Shown: piece after piece, positions 18,636 through 29,692 of the stretch
Position numbering within the stretch: the stretch's first letter is position 1
Layout of the letters: the number at the start of each line of letters is the position of its first letter
Source: Acholeplasmataceae bacterium
Lineage (GTDB): Bacteria > Bacillota_I > Bacilli_A > ML615J-28 > CAG-313
Assembly: GCA_012838545.1 (NCBI GenBank)
Contig: DUPC01000031.1
Span: forward strand, 34,148 to 98,147
Length of the DNA: 64,000 nt
Direction: 5' to 3'
The notes under the pieces: generated by a model
The model's input: only the letters and a program-made list of their open reading frames with translations
Database searches by the model: none
What the model was told of the DNA's origin: nothing
Program-made: the position numbers and the translations under genes

Positions 18636-19466
18636 ATGGCGATTAAAAAATATAAACCAACGACCAATGGTCGTCGCAATATGACTGCCCTAACATATGA
18701 AGAAGTCACAACAACTAAGCCAGAGAAAAGTTTGCTAGCTCCTTTAACTAAGAGTGGAGGACGTAACTCAACTGGCCGAATCACCGTTCGTCATATCGGC
18801 GGCGGGGCAAAGCGTAAATATCGGATTATTGATTTTAAACGCGATAAAGACGGTATTGCAGGCAAAGTTGCAACAATCGAATATGATCCAAACCGCAGCG
18901 CCAATATTGCTTTGATTAATTATGTAGACGGCGAAAAACGTTATATTCTTGCACCGCACGAATTACATGTCGGAAGCACAATCATGTCGGGCGAAAATGC
19001 GGATATCCGCGTTGGCAATGCGTTACCTTTAAATAAAATTCCAGTTGGTACAATGGTTCACAACATTGAATTATATCCCGGTCACGGCGGCCAATTGGTT
19101 CGTGCTGCCGGTGGAAGCGCCCAAATACTTGGACGCGAAGAAAAATACGTTTTACTGCGTTTAACAAGCGGCGAAGTTCGCAGAATCCTTGGCAATTGCC
19201 GGGCAACCATCGGTGTTGTCGGAAATGCCGACTATTCCCTTGTTAACCTTGGTAAAGCAGGTCGCAAACGTCATATGGGAATTCGCCCAACCGTTAGAGG
19301 TTCTGTTATGAACCCTAACGATCACCCTCACGGTGGTGGTGAAGGACGCACGCCAGTCGGACGAAATGCGCCTAGAACACCTTGGGGTAAGATTGCCCTT
19401 GGTATGAAGACAAGGAAAACTAAGAAAAAGAGCAGCGGACTAATCGTTCGTCGTCGTAATGGATAG
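18636..19466 (+). CDS. rplB: 50S ribosomal protein L2
   Basis: L2 motifs are present, including [11 protein letters not shown]. Confidence 0.95.
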   Translation: MAIKKYKPTTNGRRNMTALTYEEVTTTKPEKSLLAPLTKSGGRNSTGRITVRHIGGGAKRKYRIIDFKRDKDGIAGKVATIEYDPNRSANIALINYVDGEKRYILAPHELHVGSTIMSGENADIRVGNALPLNKIPVGTMVHNIELYPGHGGQLVRAAGGSAQILGREEKYVLLRLTSGEVRRILGNCRATIGVVGNADYSLVNLGKAGRKRHMGIRPTVRGSVMNPNDHPHGGGEGRTPVGRNAPRTPWGKIALGMKTRKTKKKSSGLIVRRRNG

Positions 19467-19479
19467 GAGGAACTAATTA

Positions 19480-19758
19480 ATGGCACGTTCACTTAAAAAA
19501 GGACCTTTTTGCGATGAACATCTTCTCAAAAAAGTCATTAAATTAAACGAAAAGAATTCCAAGAAAGTTATTCAAACTTGGTCAAGAAGATCTACTATCT
19601 TTCCTGAATTTGTCGGCCATACAGTTGCAGTTCATAACGGCAAAGTTCATCTTCCTGTTTATGTGACGGAAGATATGGTTGGTCATAAGTTTGGCGAATT
19701 CGCACCAACAAGAACTTATCGCGGACACGGTAAAGACAAGAAAGTTGCTAAGAAATAG
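19480..19758 (+). CDS. rpsS: 30S ribosomal protein S19
   Basis: [10 protein letters not shown]... Confidence 0.95.
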   Translation: MARSLKKGPFCDEHLLKKVIKLNEKNSKKVIQTWSRRSTIFPEFVGHTVAVHNGKVHLPVYVTEDMVGHKFGEFAPTRTYRGHGKDKKVAKK

Positions 19759-19767
19759 GTGATGGAA

Positions 19768-20103
19768 ATGGAAGCAAAAGCTATTGCAAAATCAGTTAGA
19801 ATATCTCCTCGCAAGGGTAGATTAGTAGCCGACCTTATTCGCGGCAAATCAATTGGAACTGCTCTCGCCATTCTTTACAATGTTGAAAGTACCGTTAAGG
19901 AAAGTATCTTAAAAGTCGTAAATTCAGCTGTTGCAAATGCTGAAAACAATCACGATATGGATGTAGAAAAACTATACATTAAAGAAATATATATTAATCC
20001 AGGAGCCACTTTGAAACGTTTCCGCGCGCGTGCAAAAGGCAGTGGCAATCGTATCTTGAAAAGAACTAGTCACATCACAGTAGTTGTGGCAGAAAAACTA
20101 TAG
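19768..20103 (+). CDS. rplV: 50S ribosomal protein L22
   Basis: [19 protein letters not shown]. Start is taken at ATG 19768, which has the RBS AGGTGA. The ORF track's GTG 19759 start is too close to the RBS. Confidence 0.9.
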   Translation: MEAKAIAKSVRISPRKGRLVADLIRGKSIGTALAILYNVESTVKESILKVVNSAVANAENNHDMDVEKLYIKEIYINPGATLKRFRARAKGSGNRILKRTSHITVVVAEKL

Positions 20104-20114
20104 GAGGTAACAAA

Positions 20115-20768
20115 ATGGGACAAAAAGTTAATCCAGTAGGAATGCGGATTGGTATCATCAGAGATTGGGACGCTAATTGGTATGCGCCAAAATCGAAAGT
20201 CGCCGATTTTTTGCATGAAGACCTAAAGATTCGTTCATTTATTAATTCCTTCTATAAAACAGCTTATATCTCTCGCGTGGAAATTAAAAGAACAGGCAAA
20301 AGAATAATCGTTATTATTTGGACTGCAAAACCAGGCGCCGTTATCGGCCGAGAAGGTTCAAGAAAAAACGAAGCGGTTAAAGAGTTGGAAAAACTTACGA
20401 AGAAAAATGTTTTCTTAACAATCGCCGAAATCAAAAACCCAGATTTGGATGCAACATTAGTTGCCAGAAAAATTGCCGAAGACTTGGAAAACCGTGCTTC
20501 GTTCCGCCGTGTTCAAAAAATGGCAATCCAACGTGCTCTAAGAGCCAGCGCCAAAGGAATCAGAACTATTGTTTCCGGCCGTTTGGGCGGAGCCGAAATT
20601 GCGCGCAGTGAAGGTTATATCGAAGGCAGTGTTCCACTACACACGCTTCGTGCCAACATTGACTATGCAACGGCAGAAGCTATGACAACTTACGGTAAAC
20701 TTGGTGTTAAAGTTTGGATCAACAAAGGTGAAATTTTAACCGAAAAACAAAAGAAGGAGGGCCGATAA
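20115..20768 (+). CDS. rpsC: 30S ribosomal protein S3
   Basis: [13 protein letters not shown]... Confidence 0.95.
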   Translation: MGQKVNPVGMRIGIIRDWDANWYAPKSKVADFLHEDLKIRSFINSFYKTAYISRVEIKRTGKRIIVIIWTAKPGAVIGREGSRKNEAVKELEKLTKKNVFLTIAEIKNPDLDATLVARKIAEDLENRASFRRVQKMAIQRALRASAKGIRTIVSGRLGGAEIARSEGYIEGSVPLHTLRANIDYATAEAMTTYGKLGVKVWINKGEILTEKQKKEGR

Positions 20769-20770
20769 GC

Positions 20771-21187
20771 ATGTTAATGCCTAAAAGAACTAAATATCGC
20801 CGCCCTCATCGAATCAGTTATGAGGGAAAAGCGAAAGGCGGCAAGAAAGTTAGTTTTGGCGAATATGGCCTTCAATCACTTGATGGCGCATGGATTACCG
20901 ATCGTCAAATCGAAGCAGCCCGTATCGCAATGACACGTTATATGAAACGTGACGGTAAAGTGTGGATCAATATCTTCCCGCACTTGATTAAAACCAAAAA
21001 ACCGCTTGAAGTTCGGATGGGTTCTGGTAAAGGTGCTCCTGACGGATATGTTGCGGTTGTAAAAACAGGCACAATTATGTTTGAAATTGCCGGCGTATCA
21101 GAAGAAATTGCTCGCGAAGCGCTCAGACTTGCTTCTCACAAATTGCCGGTGAGAACAAAATTTGTGGTAAGAGAAAGTGGTGAATAA
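20771..21187 (+). CDS. rplP: 50S ribosomal protein L16
   Basis: [11 protein letters not shown]... Confidence 0.95.
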   Translation: MLMPKRTKYRRPHRISYEGKAKGGKKVSFGEYGLQSLDGAWITDRQIEAARIAMTRYMKRDGKVWINIFPHLIKTKKPLEVRMGSGKGAPDGYVAVVKTGTIMFEIAGVSEEIAREALRLASHKLPVRTKFVVRESGE

Positions 21188-21189
21188 CT

Positions 21190-21498
21190 ATGCCAAAAGA
21201 AAAGAAAACCGAAGCTGTAGTTGAAACTAAAAAGTCAACTAAAGGAAAAGCGTCTGTAACCACTAAAGTTGATAAAAAAGCGCCAAAGAAGTTATCTTCT
21301 GTCCAAAAAATAAGAGAACTTGAAAATCAAGAAATTGAAAACAAAATCAAGGAATTGAAGCAAGAACTCTTTAACCTTCGTTTTCAAGCTGCTGTTGGTA
21401 AATTAGAAAACACTGCTCAATTACGTAAAGTTAAAAAGGATATTGCCCGCGCATATACTGTTCTTACGGAACGCGCCAAGGCAAGCGTCCAAGGATAG
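21190..21498 (+). CDS. rpmC: 50S ribosomal protein L29 with a ~36-aa lysine-rich N-terminal extension
   Basis: The L29 core [26 protein letters not shown] begins at about residue 37. ATG 21190 has a strong RBS (AGTGGTGA). No alternative start codon lies near the core. Confidence 0.85.
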   Translation: MPKEKKTEAVVETKKSTKGKASVTTKVDKKAPKKLSSVQKIRELENQEIENKIKELKQELFNLRFQAAVGKLENTAQLRKVKKDIARAYTVLTERAKASVQG

Positions 21499-21510
21499 GA
21501 GGCCAAGACA

Positions 21511-21777
21511 ATGGAAAAAACCAGAAACAGTCGTAAAACATATATAGGTACTGTTGTGTCTGATGTTAATGACAAAACAATCACGGTATTAGTTGAAACA
21601 CATCGTAAGCACCCTATCTATGGTAAAAACATTAAAGTAAGCAAAAAATTCACTGCACACGATGAGCAAAATCTTGCTAAGAACGGTGATATCGTTGAAA
21701 TCATGGAAACGCGTCCGTTATCCAGAACGAAACGTTATCGCTTAGTTAGGATTGTTCAAAAGGCAGTCATAGTATAA
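21511..21777 (+). CDS. rpsQ: 30S ribosomal protein S17
   Basis: Synteny and sequence. Confidence 0.95.
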   Translation: MEKTRNSRKTYIGTVVSDVNDKTITVLVETHRKHPIYGKNIKVSKKFTAHDEQNLAKNGDIVEIMETRPLSRTKRYRLVRIVQKAVIV

Positions 21778-21791
21778 TCAGGAGGTGTCTT

Positions 21792-22160
21792 ATGCTTCAA
21801 CAAGAAAGTAGAGTCAATGTTGCTGATAATACCGGTGCCAAAGAACTTTTGATTATCCGAATCTTAGGAGGTTCACATCGTCGTTCTGCCAATATTGGTG
21901 ACATCGTAGTCGCAACAGTCAAATCAGCTACACCCGGCGGACAAGTTAAAAAGGGTGAAGTTATTAAAGCCGTCATCGTACGGACAAAAAAAGGATTACG
22001 GAGAACAGATGGTTCCTATATCAAATTTGATGATAATGCAGCAGTAATCATAAAAGAAGACAAAAACCCGCGCGGTACACGTATCTTCGGACCTGTTGCA
22101 AGGGAATTGCGTGAAAAAGATTTCATGAAAATTGTTTCTCTCGCTCCAGAAGTGTTATAG
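21792..22160 (+). CDS. rplN: 50S ribosomal protein L14
   Basis: [18 protein letters not shown]... Confidence 0.95.
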   Translation: MLQQESRVNVADNTGAKELLIIRILGGSHRRSANIGDIVVATVKSATPGGQVKKGEVIKAVIVRTKKGLRRTDGSYIKFDDNAAVIIKEDKNPRGTRIFGPVARELREKDFMKIVSLAPEVL

Positions 22161-22169
22161 GAGGTCGCT

Positions 22170-22496
22170 ATGAAGATTAAAAAAGGTGACGTAGTTGTTG
22201 TAACAACAGGTAAACACAAACCATCCCGGGGAAATCAAACAACTGGTGAAGTTCTAGCGGTTTATCCAAAAACAAATCGAGTAGTAGTAAAAGGCGTTAA
22301 TATCGCCACCAAACACTCCCGTCCATCTCAAGCTAATCCTGATGGCGGAATCATTAAAACGGAAGCGCCAATTCATATTTCGAATGTGGCAATTCTTGAC
22401 CCGGTAACAAAAAAACCGACAAAAGTTGGATATAAATTAGTAGATGGCAAAAAGGTTCGCTTTGCGAAAGCATCCGGAACCGTACTTGACAAGTAG
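22170..22496 (+). CDS. rplX: 50S ribosomal protein L24
   Basis: [11 protein letters not shown].. has the KOW motif. Confidence 0.95.
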   Translation: MKIKKGDVVVVTTGKHKPSRGNQTTGEVLAVYPKTNRVVVKGVNIATKHSRPSQANPDGGIIKTEAPIHISNVAILDPVTKKPTKVGYKLVDGKKVRFAKASGTVLDK

Positions 22497-22510
22497 GAAG
22501 GAGATTGCAG

Positions 22511-23050
22511 ATGAATCGATTATTAGCGAAATACAAAGAACAAGTAGTTCCAAAGTTAATGGAAAAATTCGGTTATAGCACTGTAATGGAAGTTCCGAAG
22601 ATTGAAAAAATCGTTGTCAATATGGGTATCGGGGATGCCATCACCAATTCCAAATTGCTTGATGCAGCTGTCGAAGATTTAGCAACCATTACTGGTCAAA
22701 AACCAATCGTAACCAAAGCAAAGAAATCAATTGCGGTATTTAAAATTCGCGAAAAGATGCCAATCGGCGCTAAAGTCACTTTGCGTGGTGAAAGAATGTA
22801 CGAGTTTTTGGATAAATTGGTAACTATTTCACTACCTCGCGTTAGGGACTTTAGAGGAGTAAATCCTAATTCCTTTGATGGACGCGGCAATTTCTCCCTC
22901 GGTGTCAAAGAACAATTGATTTTCCCTGAAATCAACTATGATAAGGTATTGAAAATTCGTGGTATGGATATTGTAATTGTCACTACCGCAAAAACAGACG
23001 AAGAGGGCCGAGCATTGTTAAGTATGCTTGGAATGCCTTTCAAAAGGTAG
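22511..23050 (+). CDS. rplE: 50S ribosomal protein L5
   Basis: [22 protein letters not shown]. Start at ATG 22511 has the RBS GGAAGGAG. The ORF track started at an upstream TTG. Confidence 0.93.
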   Translation: MNRLLAKYKEQVVPKLMEKFGYSTVMEVPKIEKIVVNMGIGDAITNSKLLDAAVEDLATITGQKPIVTKAKKSIAVFKIREKMPIGAKVTLRGERMYEFLDKLVTISLPRVRDFRGVNPNSFDGRGNFSLGVKEQLIFPEINYDKVLKIRGMDIVIVTTAKTDEEGRALLSMLGMPFKR

Positions 23051-23065
23051 TGGAGGTAAGATATT

Positions 23066-23251
23066 ATGGCAAAAACTTCATTAAAAGTTAAAAGCAAACG
23101 TAAACCAAAATTTAGCGTAAGACAATACACTCGTTGCGAACGTTGTGGTCGTCCTCATGCAGTTTACCGCAAATTCAAAGTATGCCGGATTTGCTTCAGA
23201 GAACTTGCATATCGAGGATTAATTCCTGGCGTTAAAAAATCGAGTTGGTAA
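23066..23251 (+). CDS. rpsZ: 30S ribosomal protein S14 type Z (zinc-binding)
   Basis: 61 aa with the CxxC...CxxC zinc-binding pattern. Position is between L5 and S8. Confidence 0.93.
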   Translation: MAKTSLKVKSKRKPKFSVRQYTRCERCGRPHAVYRKFKVCRICFRELAYRGLIPGVKKSSW

Positions 23252-23269
23252 GAAAGGGAGGTCTATACA

Positions 23270-23665
23270 ATGGTAATGACTGATCCAATTGCTGATATGC
23301 TTACAAGGATTCGCAATGCGAGTCAAATGAAACACCCTAAGGTTTCTATGCCTGCTTCCAAAATTAAAATGGAAGTTCTTCGGGTATTGAAAGAAGAAGG
23401 CTATATTAGCGATTATGAAAAAATAGAAGACAGCAAACAAGGGATTATCAATGTAACTCTTCGTTATGTCGATAAAGTGCGTGCAATAACTGGTATCAAA
23501 AGAATTTCCAAACCTGGACTAAGAGTATATGCCAAAAGCGATGAATTGCCAAAAGTATTAAACGGTTTAGGAATCGCAATTGTTTCAACTTCAAGCGGAT
23601 TAATGACAGACAGAGAAGCCCGTCAGAGAAAACTCGGCGGAGAAATCATCGCTTTCGTTTGGTAA
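23270..23665 (+). CDS. rpsH: 30S ribosomal protein S8
   Basis: [13 protein letters not shown] motif. Confidence 0.95.
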   Translation: MVMTDPIADMLTRIRNASQMKHPKVSMPASKIKMEVLRVLKEEGYISDYEKIEDSKQGIINVTLRYVDKVRAITGIKRISKPGLRVYAKSDELPKVLNGLGIAIVSTSSGLMTDREARQRKLGGEIIAFVW

Positions 23666-23678
23666 GAGGTATACATAT

Positions 23679-24215
23679 ATGTCAAGAATAGGCAATAAAG
23701 AAATCCTCGTTCCTGCGGGAGTTACAATCAATCAAAATGAACAAACCCTTGAAGTTATTGGTCCAAAAGGCAAAATGGAATATACTTTTGATGAAAATGT
23801 TGTTATCGAAATTCAAGATAACAAAATCAAATTAACCCGTCTTGGTGATGAAAAATACCAACGCGCAATTCACGGAACTAGTAGAGCCCTCCTAAATAAT
23901 ATGATTACAGGTGTTACTACCGGTTTCAAAAAAACCCTTGAAATTCACGGAACAGGTTTTAGAGCTCAATTGCAAGGCAATGCGCTTGTACTTAACCTTG
24001 GTTTCTCTCATCAAATTGTGATGGAAATACCAAACGGAGTAAAAGTCGAAGTTCCGAATCCCACTGAAATAAATGTTTCAGGATACGATAAACAAGTAGT
24101 TGGCCAATTTGCGGCTGAAATTCGCAAGAACAGAAAACCTGAACCTTATAAAGGCAAAGGTGTTCGTTATCGCGGTGAATATGTACGTCGCAAAGAAGGC
24201 AAGAAAGCTAAGTAG
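23679..24215 (+). CDS. rplF: 50S ribosomal protein L6
   Basis: MSRIGNKEI... Confidence 0.95.
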   Translation: MSRIGNKEILVPAGVTINQNEQTLEVIGPKGKMEYTFDENVVIEIQDNKIKLTRLGDEKYQRAIHGTSRALLNNMITGVTTGFKKTLEIHGTGFRAQLQGNALVLNLGFSHQIVMEIPNGVKVEVPNPTEINVSGYDKQVVGQFAAEIRKNRKPEPYKGKGVRYRGEYVRRKEGKKAK

Positions 24216-24235
24216 AAAGGAGACTAAAAGACGAT

Positions 24236-24598
24236 ATGATTATTAAAGAATCAAAATCAAAAGCACGCCAAGTCCGTCATCAAAGAATTCGTCAAACCTT
24301 AAGCGGAACTAGTGAACGTCCTAGACTTGCGGTATTCAGATCAACCAAAAACATCGCTGCTCAAATCATCGATGATGTTAAGTCGATTACTTTAGTTTCT
24401 GCATCTACAATTGAAAACGGCAATCGTATTGAACCTGGATCAAACATTGAAGCAGCAAAACAAGTTGGTACAAGAATTGCTCAAAGAGCTCTCGAAAAAG
24501 GTATCACAGAAGTAGTATTTGACCGTGCAGGAAATCAATACCACGGCAGAATTAAGGCACTTGCAGATGCAGCACGCGATGCTGGTCTCAAGTTTTAG
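24236..24598 (+). CDS. rplR: 50S ribosomal protein L18
   Basis: Synteny and sequence. Confidence 0.95.
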   Translation: MIIKESKSKARQVRHQRIRQTLSGTSERPRLAVFRSTKNIAAQIIDDVKSITLVSASTIENGNRIEPGSNIEAAKQVGTRIAQRALEKGITEVVFDRAGNQYHGRIKALADAARDAGLKF

Positions 24599-24609
24599 GA
24601 GGATACGTC

Positions 24610-25116
24610 ATGCGTGAAAAGAATAGAGTAACCGAAGAAAAAGTACTTGACGAACGCGTTGTCACGATAAACCGCGTAACGAAAGTTGTTAAAGGCGGAA
24701 GACGTTTCCGTTTCTCGGCACTTGTAGTTGTCGGCGATTACAAAGGAAATGTTGGATTTGGCCGCGGTAAAGCGCAAGAAGTTCCTGAAGCTATCAAAAA
24801 AGCCATTGAAGATGCGAAGAAAAACATGATTAGTGTTCCAATCGTCAAAACAACAATTCCTCATGAAGTTGTCGGCGAATATGGCGCAGGAAAAGTGTTC
24901 TTAAGACCAGCACAGGCCGGTACCGGAGTTGTTGCTGGTGGTGTTGTCAGAAGTGTTGTTGAGCTTGCAGGTATTCAAGATATTACGACCAAATGTTTGG
25001 GTTCAACTACACCTATCAATATTGTCAGAGCAACATTTGAAGGTTTGAAAGCATTAAGAACGGTTGAACAAGTGGCTCGTTTACGTGGTAAGACACCTGA
25101 AGAGATTGTGAGGTAG
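24610..25116 (+). CDS. rpsE: 30S ribosomal protein S5
   Basis: Has the S5 dsRBD and C-terminal domain ([18 protein letters not shown]). Confidence 0.95.
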   Translation: MREKNRVTEEKVLDERVVTINRVTKVVKGGRRFRFSALVVVGDYKGNVGFGRGKAQEVPEAIKKAIEDAKKNMISVPIVKTTIPHEVVGEYGAGKVFLRPAQAGTGVVAGGVVRSVVELAGIQDITTKCLGSTTPINIVRATFEGLKALRTVEQVARLRGKTPEEIVR

Positions 25117-25122
25117 AATACT

Positions 25123-25305
25123 ATGGAAAAGACATTAACAATTAAATTAGTTAAGAGTTCTATAACCGCACCTAAAAATCAAAAAGACACATTAAAAGCA
25201 CTAGGCTTAACTAAGATTAATAAAACCGTTGTTAAAGTAGATAATCCGCAAATCCGCGGAATGATTAGAACAGTAGCACACTTAGTAAGTGTCGAAGAAG
25301 CTTAG
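25123..25305 (+). CDS. rpmD: 50S ribosomal protein L30
   Basis: 60 aa, lying between S5 and L15. Confidence 0.93.
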   Translation: MEKTLTIKLVKSSITAPKNQKDTLKALGLTKINKTVVKVDNPQIRGMIRTVAHLVSVEEA

Positions 25306-25317
25306 GAGGTGCGAACG

Positions 25318-25758
25318 ATGAAATTACATGAATTAAAATCGGTTCCGGGAGCAAGACACGCTAAAAAACGCGTCGGTCGCGGAATAGGTAGCGGTACGGG
25401 TAAAACCGCAACCCGCGGTCATAAAGGCCAAAACGCCCGTTCCGGCGGCGGGGTTCGCTTGGGATTTGAAGGTGGTCAAACACCATTATTCAAACGTCTT
25501 CCAAAAAGAGGATTCACCAATTTAACCCGTAAAGAATACGCTATCGTCAATGTTGAAGATTTAAACGTGTTTGCGCCAGGAACAGTGGTGGATGCAGATG
25601 CACTAAGAAAAGTTGGATTAATAAATAAAGAATACGAGGGAGTGAAAATATTAGGCAACGGTGACTTAAATGTCGCTTTAACCATTAAGGCGAAGAAGTT
25701 CTCCAAATCCGCAATCGAAAAAATCAGCAACGCTGGTGGAACATACGAGGTGGCTTAA
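25318..25758 (+). CDS. rplO: 50S ribosomal protein L15
   Basis: [14 protein letters not shown]. The RBS AGGAGGTG precedes ATG 25318. The ORF track's GTG 25309 start lies inside the RBS. Confidence 0.93.
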   Translation: MKLHELKSVPGARHAKKRVGRGIGSGTGKTATRGHKGQNARSGGGVRLGFEGGQTPLFKRLPKRGFTNLTRKEYAIVNVEDLNVFAPGTVVDADALRKVGLINKEYEGVKILGNGDLNVALTIKAKKFSKSAIEKISNAGGTYEVA

Positions 25759-25760
25759 TT

Positions 25761-27068
25761 ATGAAAAAGTTCTTTAGCAAAAATAAGAAACTGATTCTGA
25801 TGATTCTATTCACTCTTGCAGCATTATTAATTTGGAGAATTGCTGTATATATTAAAATACCTTTCTTCAACGTTGAAATGCCCGAAGGGGACAAGGAAGC
25901 TAATTTAATCGGTTTTTTGGATATCTTTACTGGAGGAGCTTTATCTCAATTTTCAATAGTTGCCCTCGGCGTAAGCCCATATATCACTGCTTCCATCGTT
26001 GTCCAATTGTTGCAAATGGACATTGTTCCGCAGTTTAAAGAATGGGCCGAAGAAGGCGAATCGGGAAAAGCAAAACTAAACCAATGGACACGTTACATCG
26101 CTTTATTCCTCGCCTTTGTTCAAGCCTTGACATTCATTATTACTTACATTAGAAATTATGGTACATATATCTTAAATGTATATGAAATTACCCCATTCGA
26201 TTATGTTTATATGGCTTTGACAGTCACGGCGGGAACCGCTTTTGTCTTATGGTTATCAGATCAGATATCCATGAAAGGTATCGGAAACGGCGCTTCGATG
26301 ATGATTGTTGCGGGAATAATTGCCGGTTTCCCTGGCATGGTAAATTCGTTGATTTCCGGTTTATTAAAACCTGATACTGAAACAGGTTTTGTTCCGGGAA
26401 CAAAAGAATATATAATATTTGCCGTAGTAATAGTCGTATTATTATTGGTGGTTGTCGGAGTTGTATTTATGGAAGGTTTGCAACGCAAAATTCCGATTCA
26501 ATATGCAAATCGTCCGGCTGCCGCACAAGTTCGCGGAAAACAAGATTCCAATATTCCAATCAAACTTAATTCCGCATCCGTTATTCCGGTTATTTTTTCG
26601 GCTACATTATTAAGTTTACCGATGACCGTAATCAATTTGCTAAATATTCAAAACGAGAATCTTGCATTTTGGTTAGAAGTTGTCTTTAGTTACCGAAAAC
26701 CAATTGGTTTTGCTTTATATATTATTTTAATTTTCCTATTTGCTTTCTTCTATTCCTTCTTACAAATTAATCCAGATAAGATGAGCGAAAACCTGAAGAA
26801 ACAAAACGCCTATATCCCAGGGGTTAAACCAGGGGAAGATACGGCGGCTTATATTTCGAAAGTATTATTTAAAATAACCGTGTTGGGTGCAACTTATCTT
26901 GCGCTGCTTGCATCCTTGCCGATTATTTTAGGTAATGTCTTCGGTTTGCCGGAATCGGTTCAAATCGGAGGAACCAGTATCATGATCGTTGTCGGTGTCG
27001 CTATCGAAACCGCTAAACAAATCAAAACTCAAACCCAATCCCAAGAATATCGGGGATTCTTAAGATAG
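25761..27068 (+). CDS. secY: preprotein translocase subunit SecY
   Basis: 435 aa with 10 TM segments and SecY motifs. Confidence 0.95.
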   Translation: MKKFFSKNKKLILMILFTLAALLIWRIAVYIKIPFFNVEMPEGDKEANLIGFLDIFTGGALSQFSIVALGVSPYITASIVVQLLQMDIVPQFKEWAEEGESGKAKLNQWTRYIALFLAFVQALTFIITYIRNYGTYILNVYEITPFDYVYMALTVTAGTAFVLWLSDQISMKGIGNGASMMIVAGIIAGFPGMVNSLISGLLKPDTETGFVPGTKEYIIFAVVIVVLLLVVVGVVFMEGLQRKIPIQYANRPAAAQVRGKQDSNIPIKLNSASVIPVIFSATLLSLPMTVINLLNIQNENLAFWLEVVFSYRKPIGFALYIILIFLFAFFYSFLQINPDKMSENLKKQNAYIPGVKPGEDTAAYISKVLFKITVLGATYLALLASLPIILGNVFGLPESVQIGGTSIMIVVGVAIETAKQIKTQTQSQEYRGFLR

Positions 27069-27078
27069 GGGCTCATCC

Positions 27079-27726
27079 ATGCGTTTATTAATCATGGGAG
27101 CTCCCGGAACAGGAAAGGGGACATATGCCGAAGGAATCGAAAAACACTTTGGCATTCCCCATATTTCCACGGGCGAAATTTTTCGCGAAGCCATTAGTCA
27201 AAAAACGCCGCTTGGCATTCTTGCGCAAAGTTTTATTGATGACGGACATTTGGTGCCGGACGATGTAACGGTTCAAATTGTCAGAGAAAGGATTCAACAA
27301 CCGGATTGCCAAAACGGCTTTGTTTTGGATGGTTTTCCAAGAACGCTTAATCAAGCCGAAAATTTTACCCGAATTTTAAAAGAATTGAACATCCAATTGG
27401 ATTTAGTTATTAATTTGCTTGCCGATGAAGAATTAATCATTCGGCGTATTACCAATCGTCGCTTGTGTTCGAAATGCGGAAAAGGATATAATCTTATTAC
27501 GATTCCGCCGAAAAAAGAAGGCATTTGCGATGATTGCGGAGGAGCTATATATCAAAGAAAAGACGACTCCGAAGAAGTGATTCGGGAACGCCTTGAAGTC
27601 TATCATCGTCAAACAAAACCGTTGATAGATTATTATGAAGCTCAAGGCAATATAATACATATGGATGGCGCAGGAGAGATTAATGAAGTCACAAATGTAA
27701 TAATTGCTATGTTGGAGGCAAGATGA
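27079..27726 (+). CDS. adk: adenylate kinase (with zinc-binding lid, CxxC...CxxC)
   Basis: P-loop GAPGTGKGT. The lid contains CSKCG...CDDCGG. Confidence 0.95.
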   Translation: MRLLIMGAPGTGKGTYAEGIEKHFGIPHISTGEIFREAISQKTPLGILAQSFIDDGHLVPDDVTVQIVRERIQQPDCQNGFVLDGFPRTLNQAENFTRILKELNIQLDLVINLLADEELIIRRITNRRLCSKCGKGYNLITIPPKKEGICDDCGGAIYQRKDDSEEVIRERLEVYHRQTKPLIDYYEAQGNIIHMDGAGEINEVTNVIIAMLEAR

Positions 27727-28487
27727 TTACAATTAAAAGTGAACGCGAAATTGCTTTAATGCGCGAAGCGGGAAATATCGTCGCTTTAACATTAAAGGAA
27801 ATAGAGAAATCCATCAGACCAGGGATATCAACCAAAGAATTAGATAAAATTGCTTATGATGTTATTACATCTTGCGGAGCAATCCCTTCCTTTCTCAATT
27901 ACAATGGTTTCCCTGGGTCGATTTGCGCCTCAATTAACGAAGTTGTGATTCATGGCATTCCCAAAAGCCATGCAATATTAAGAGATGGTGATATTATATC
28001 TATCGATGTCGGTGCCAAATACAAAGGCTACCACGGAGATAGCGCAAAAACATTTTTGGTCGGAAATGTTACCGAAGCCAAACGCCGTTTGGTGGAAGTA
28101 ACCGAAGCCGCATTATTCCAAGGATTGAAACAGGCACGTCCGAATAATCATTTATCAGACATTTCACATGCAATTCAAGCTTATGTTGAAAGTGCCGGCT
28201 ATTCGGTAGTAAAACTCTTTACTGGTCACGGTATTGGCCGCGCTTTACATGAAGATCCTGCTGTTCCGAACTTTGGCAATCCTGGCAGAGGCCCAATTCT
28301 AAAAGTGGGAATGACTCTGGCCATCGAACCAATGGTAAACATGGGAACATCAGATGTGGAAATTCTACACGATAACTGGACAACTGTAACAGTTGACCGT
28401 AAAGATAGCGCTCATTTCGAGCACACAATTGTTATTACTGAGAATGGTTATGAAATTTTAACAAAAATTAAAGGAGAAGAAATGTAG
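27723..28487 (+). CDS. map: methionine aminopeptidase type I
   Basis: MetAP metal-ligand motifs are present. Confidence 0.95.
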   Translation: MITIKSEREIALMREAGNIVALTLKEIEKSIRPGISTKELDKIAYDVITSCGAIPSFLNYNGFPGSICASINEVVIHGIPKSHAILRDGDIISIDVGAKYKGYHGDSAKTFLVGNVTEAKRRLVEVTEAALFQGLKQARPNNHLSDISHAIQAYVESAGYSVVKLFTGHGIGRALHEDPAVPNFGNPGRGPILKVGMTLAIEPMVNMGTSDVEILHDNWTTVTVDRKDSAHFEHTIVITENGYEILTKIKGEEM

Positions 28488-28706
28488 ATGTCAAAAGATG
28501 ATGTTTTTGAAGTTGAAGGAACAGTTGAAGAAGTGTTGCCCAATACTATCTTTAAAGTAAAGTTAGTCAACGGCCACCTCATTACTGCCCACGTTTCTGG
28601 TAAAATTCGTATGCACACAATTCGCATTTTACCAGGTGATCGAGTAACTGTTGAAATATCACCATATGATGTAACACGTGGACGCATTACTTATCGACAT
28701 AAGTAA
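28488..28706 (+). CDS. infA: translation initiation factor IF-1
   Basis: 72 aa with the S1-like OB fold. Confidence 0.95.
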   Translation: MSKDDVFEVEGTVEEVLPNTIFKVKLVNGHLITAHVSGKIRMHTIRILPGDRVTVEISPYDVTRGRITYRHK

Positions 28707-28752
28707 TTCAAAATCCAACAATAAATTGTTCTTATATATTAGGAGGTTCAAA

Positions 28753-28869
28753 ATGAAGGTTAGACCATCGGTTAAACCTATATGTGATAAATGCAAAGTT
28801 ATCAAAAGAAAAGGCCGTGTAATGGTAATCTGTTCAGCTTACCCAAAACACAAGCAAAGACAAGGATAA
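28753..28869 (+). CDS. rpmJ: 50S ribosomal protein L36
   Basis: [27 protein letters not shown] is a Zn ribbon. RBS AGGAGG precedes ATG 28753. The ORF track's upstream extension is spurious. Confidence 0.93.
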   Translation: MKVRPSVKPICDKCKVIKRKGRVMVICSAYPKHKQRQG

Positions 28870-28884
28870 TAGGAGGAACATTAG

Positions 28885-29250
28885 ATGGCACGTATAGCTG
28901 GTGTAGATATCCCGAACGATAAACGCGTCGTGATATCACTTACATATATCTTTGGTATTGGCAAACCTACTGCCCAAAAGATTTTGGCTAGTTGCAATAT
29001 CGACGAAAATAAAAGAGTTAAAAATTTAACTGAAGAAGAATTAACATTAATTCGACAAGAAATAGCGAATTATCATGTCGAAGGAGACTTGCGCCGTGAA
29101 ATTGCGATGAATATCAAGCGACTAATGGAAATTGGTTGCTATCGCGGTTTACGTCATCGGAGAGGGTTGCCCGTTCGCGGACAAAGAACAAGAACTAATG
29201 CCCGTACCCGTAAAGGTCCTGTCAAGACAGTCGCTAATAAGAAGAAGTAG
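28885..29250 (+). CDS. rpsM: 30S ribosomal protein S13
   Basis: [10 protein letters not shown]... Confidence 0.95.
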   Translation: MARIAGVDIPNDKRVVISLTYIFGIGKPTAQKILASCNIDENKRVKNLTEEELTLIRQEIANYHVEGDLRREIAMNIKRLMEIGCYRGLRHRRGLPVRGQRTRTNARTRKGPVKTVANKKK

Positions 29251-29259
29251 GAGGACATT

Positions 29260-29646
29260 ATGGCTCGTAAAACAGTACGTAAACGTCGTGTAAAAAAGAA
29301 TATACCTCAGGGTATTGCGCATATTCATTCCACTTTTAACAATACCATCATCACGATTACTGACCCAGCAGGCAACGTAGTTGCATGGAGCAGTGCCGGG
29401 GTGGTAGGTTTTAAAGGCAGCAAGAAGTCCACTCCGTTTGCGGCGCAAATGGCCTCGGAAGCTTGCGCAAAAGCAGCGATGGAAAATGGAATGCGTAAAG
29501 TAGAAGTAACCGTTAAAGGCCCAGGCCCAGGACGGGAAGCTGCCATTCGCTCGCTCCAAGTTGCAGGACTTGAAATCGCATCGATTCAAGACGTTACTCC
29601 TGTACCTCATAATGGTTGTCGTCCTCCAAAAAGACCTCGCGGATAA
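29260..29646 (+). CDS. rpsK: 30S ribosomal protein S11
   Basis: Synteny and sequence. Confidence 0.95.
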   Translation: MARKTVRKRRVKKNIPQGIAHIHSTFNNTIITITDPAGNVVAWSSAGVVGFKGSKKSTPFAAQMASEACAKAAMENGMRKVEVTVKGPGPGREAAIRSLQVAGLEIASIQDVTPVPHNGCRPPKRPRG

Positions 29647-29692
29647 TGACTTTTTCAACGACAAACCATTGTAAAATTCAATAAGGAGGAAA

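Noticed and set aside
26261-26488. 75-aa minus-strand ORF inside secY
   Set aside because: It is antisense to secY, and its composition (TTT/NNN repeats) reflects the SecY hydrophobic coding strand.
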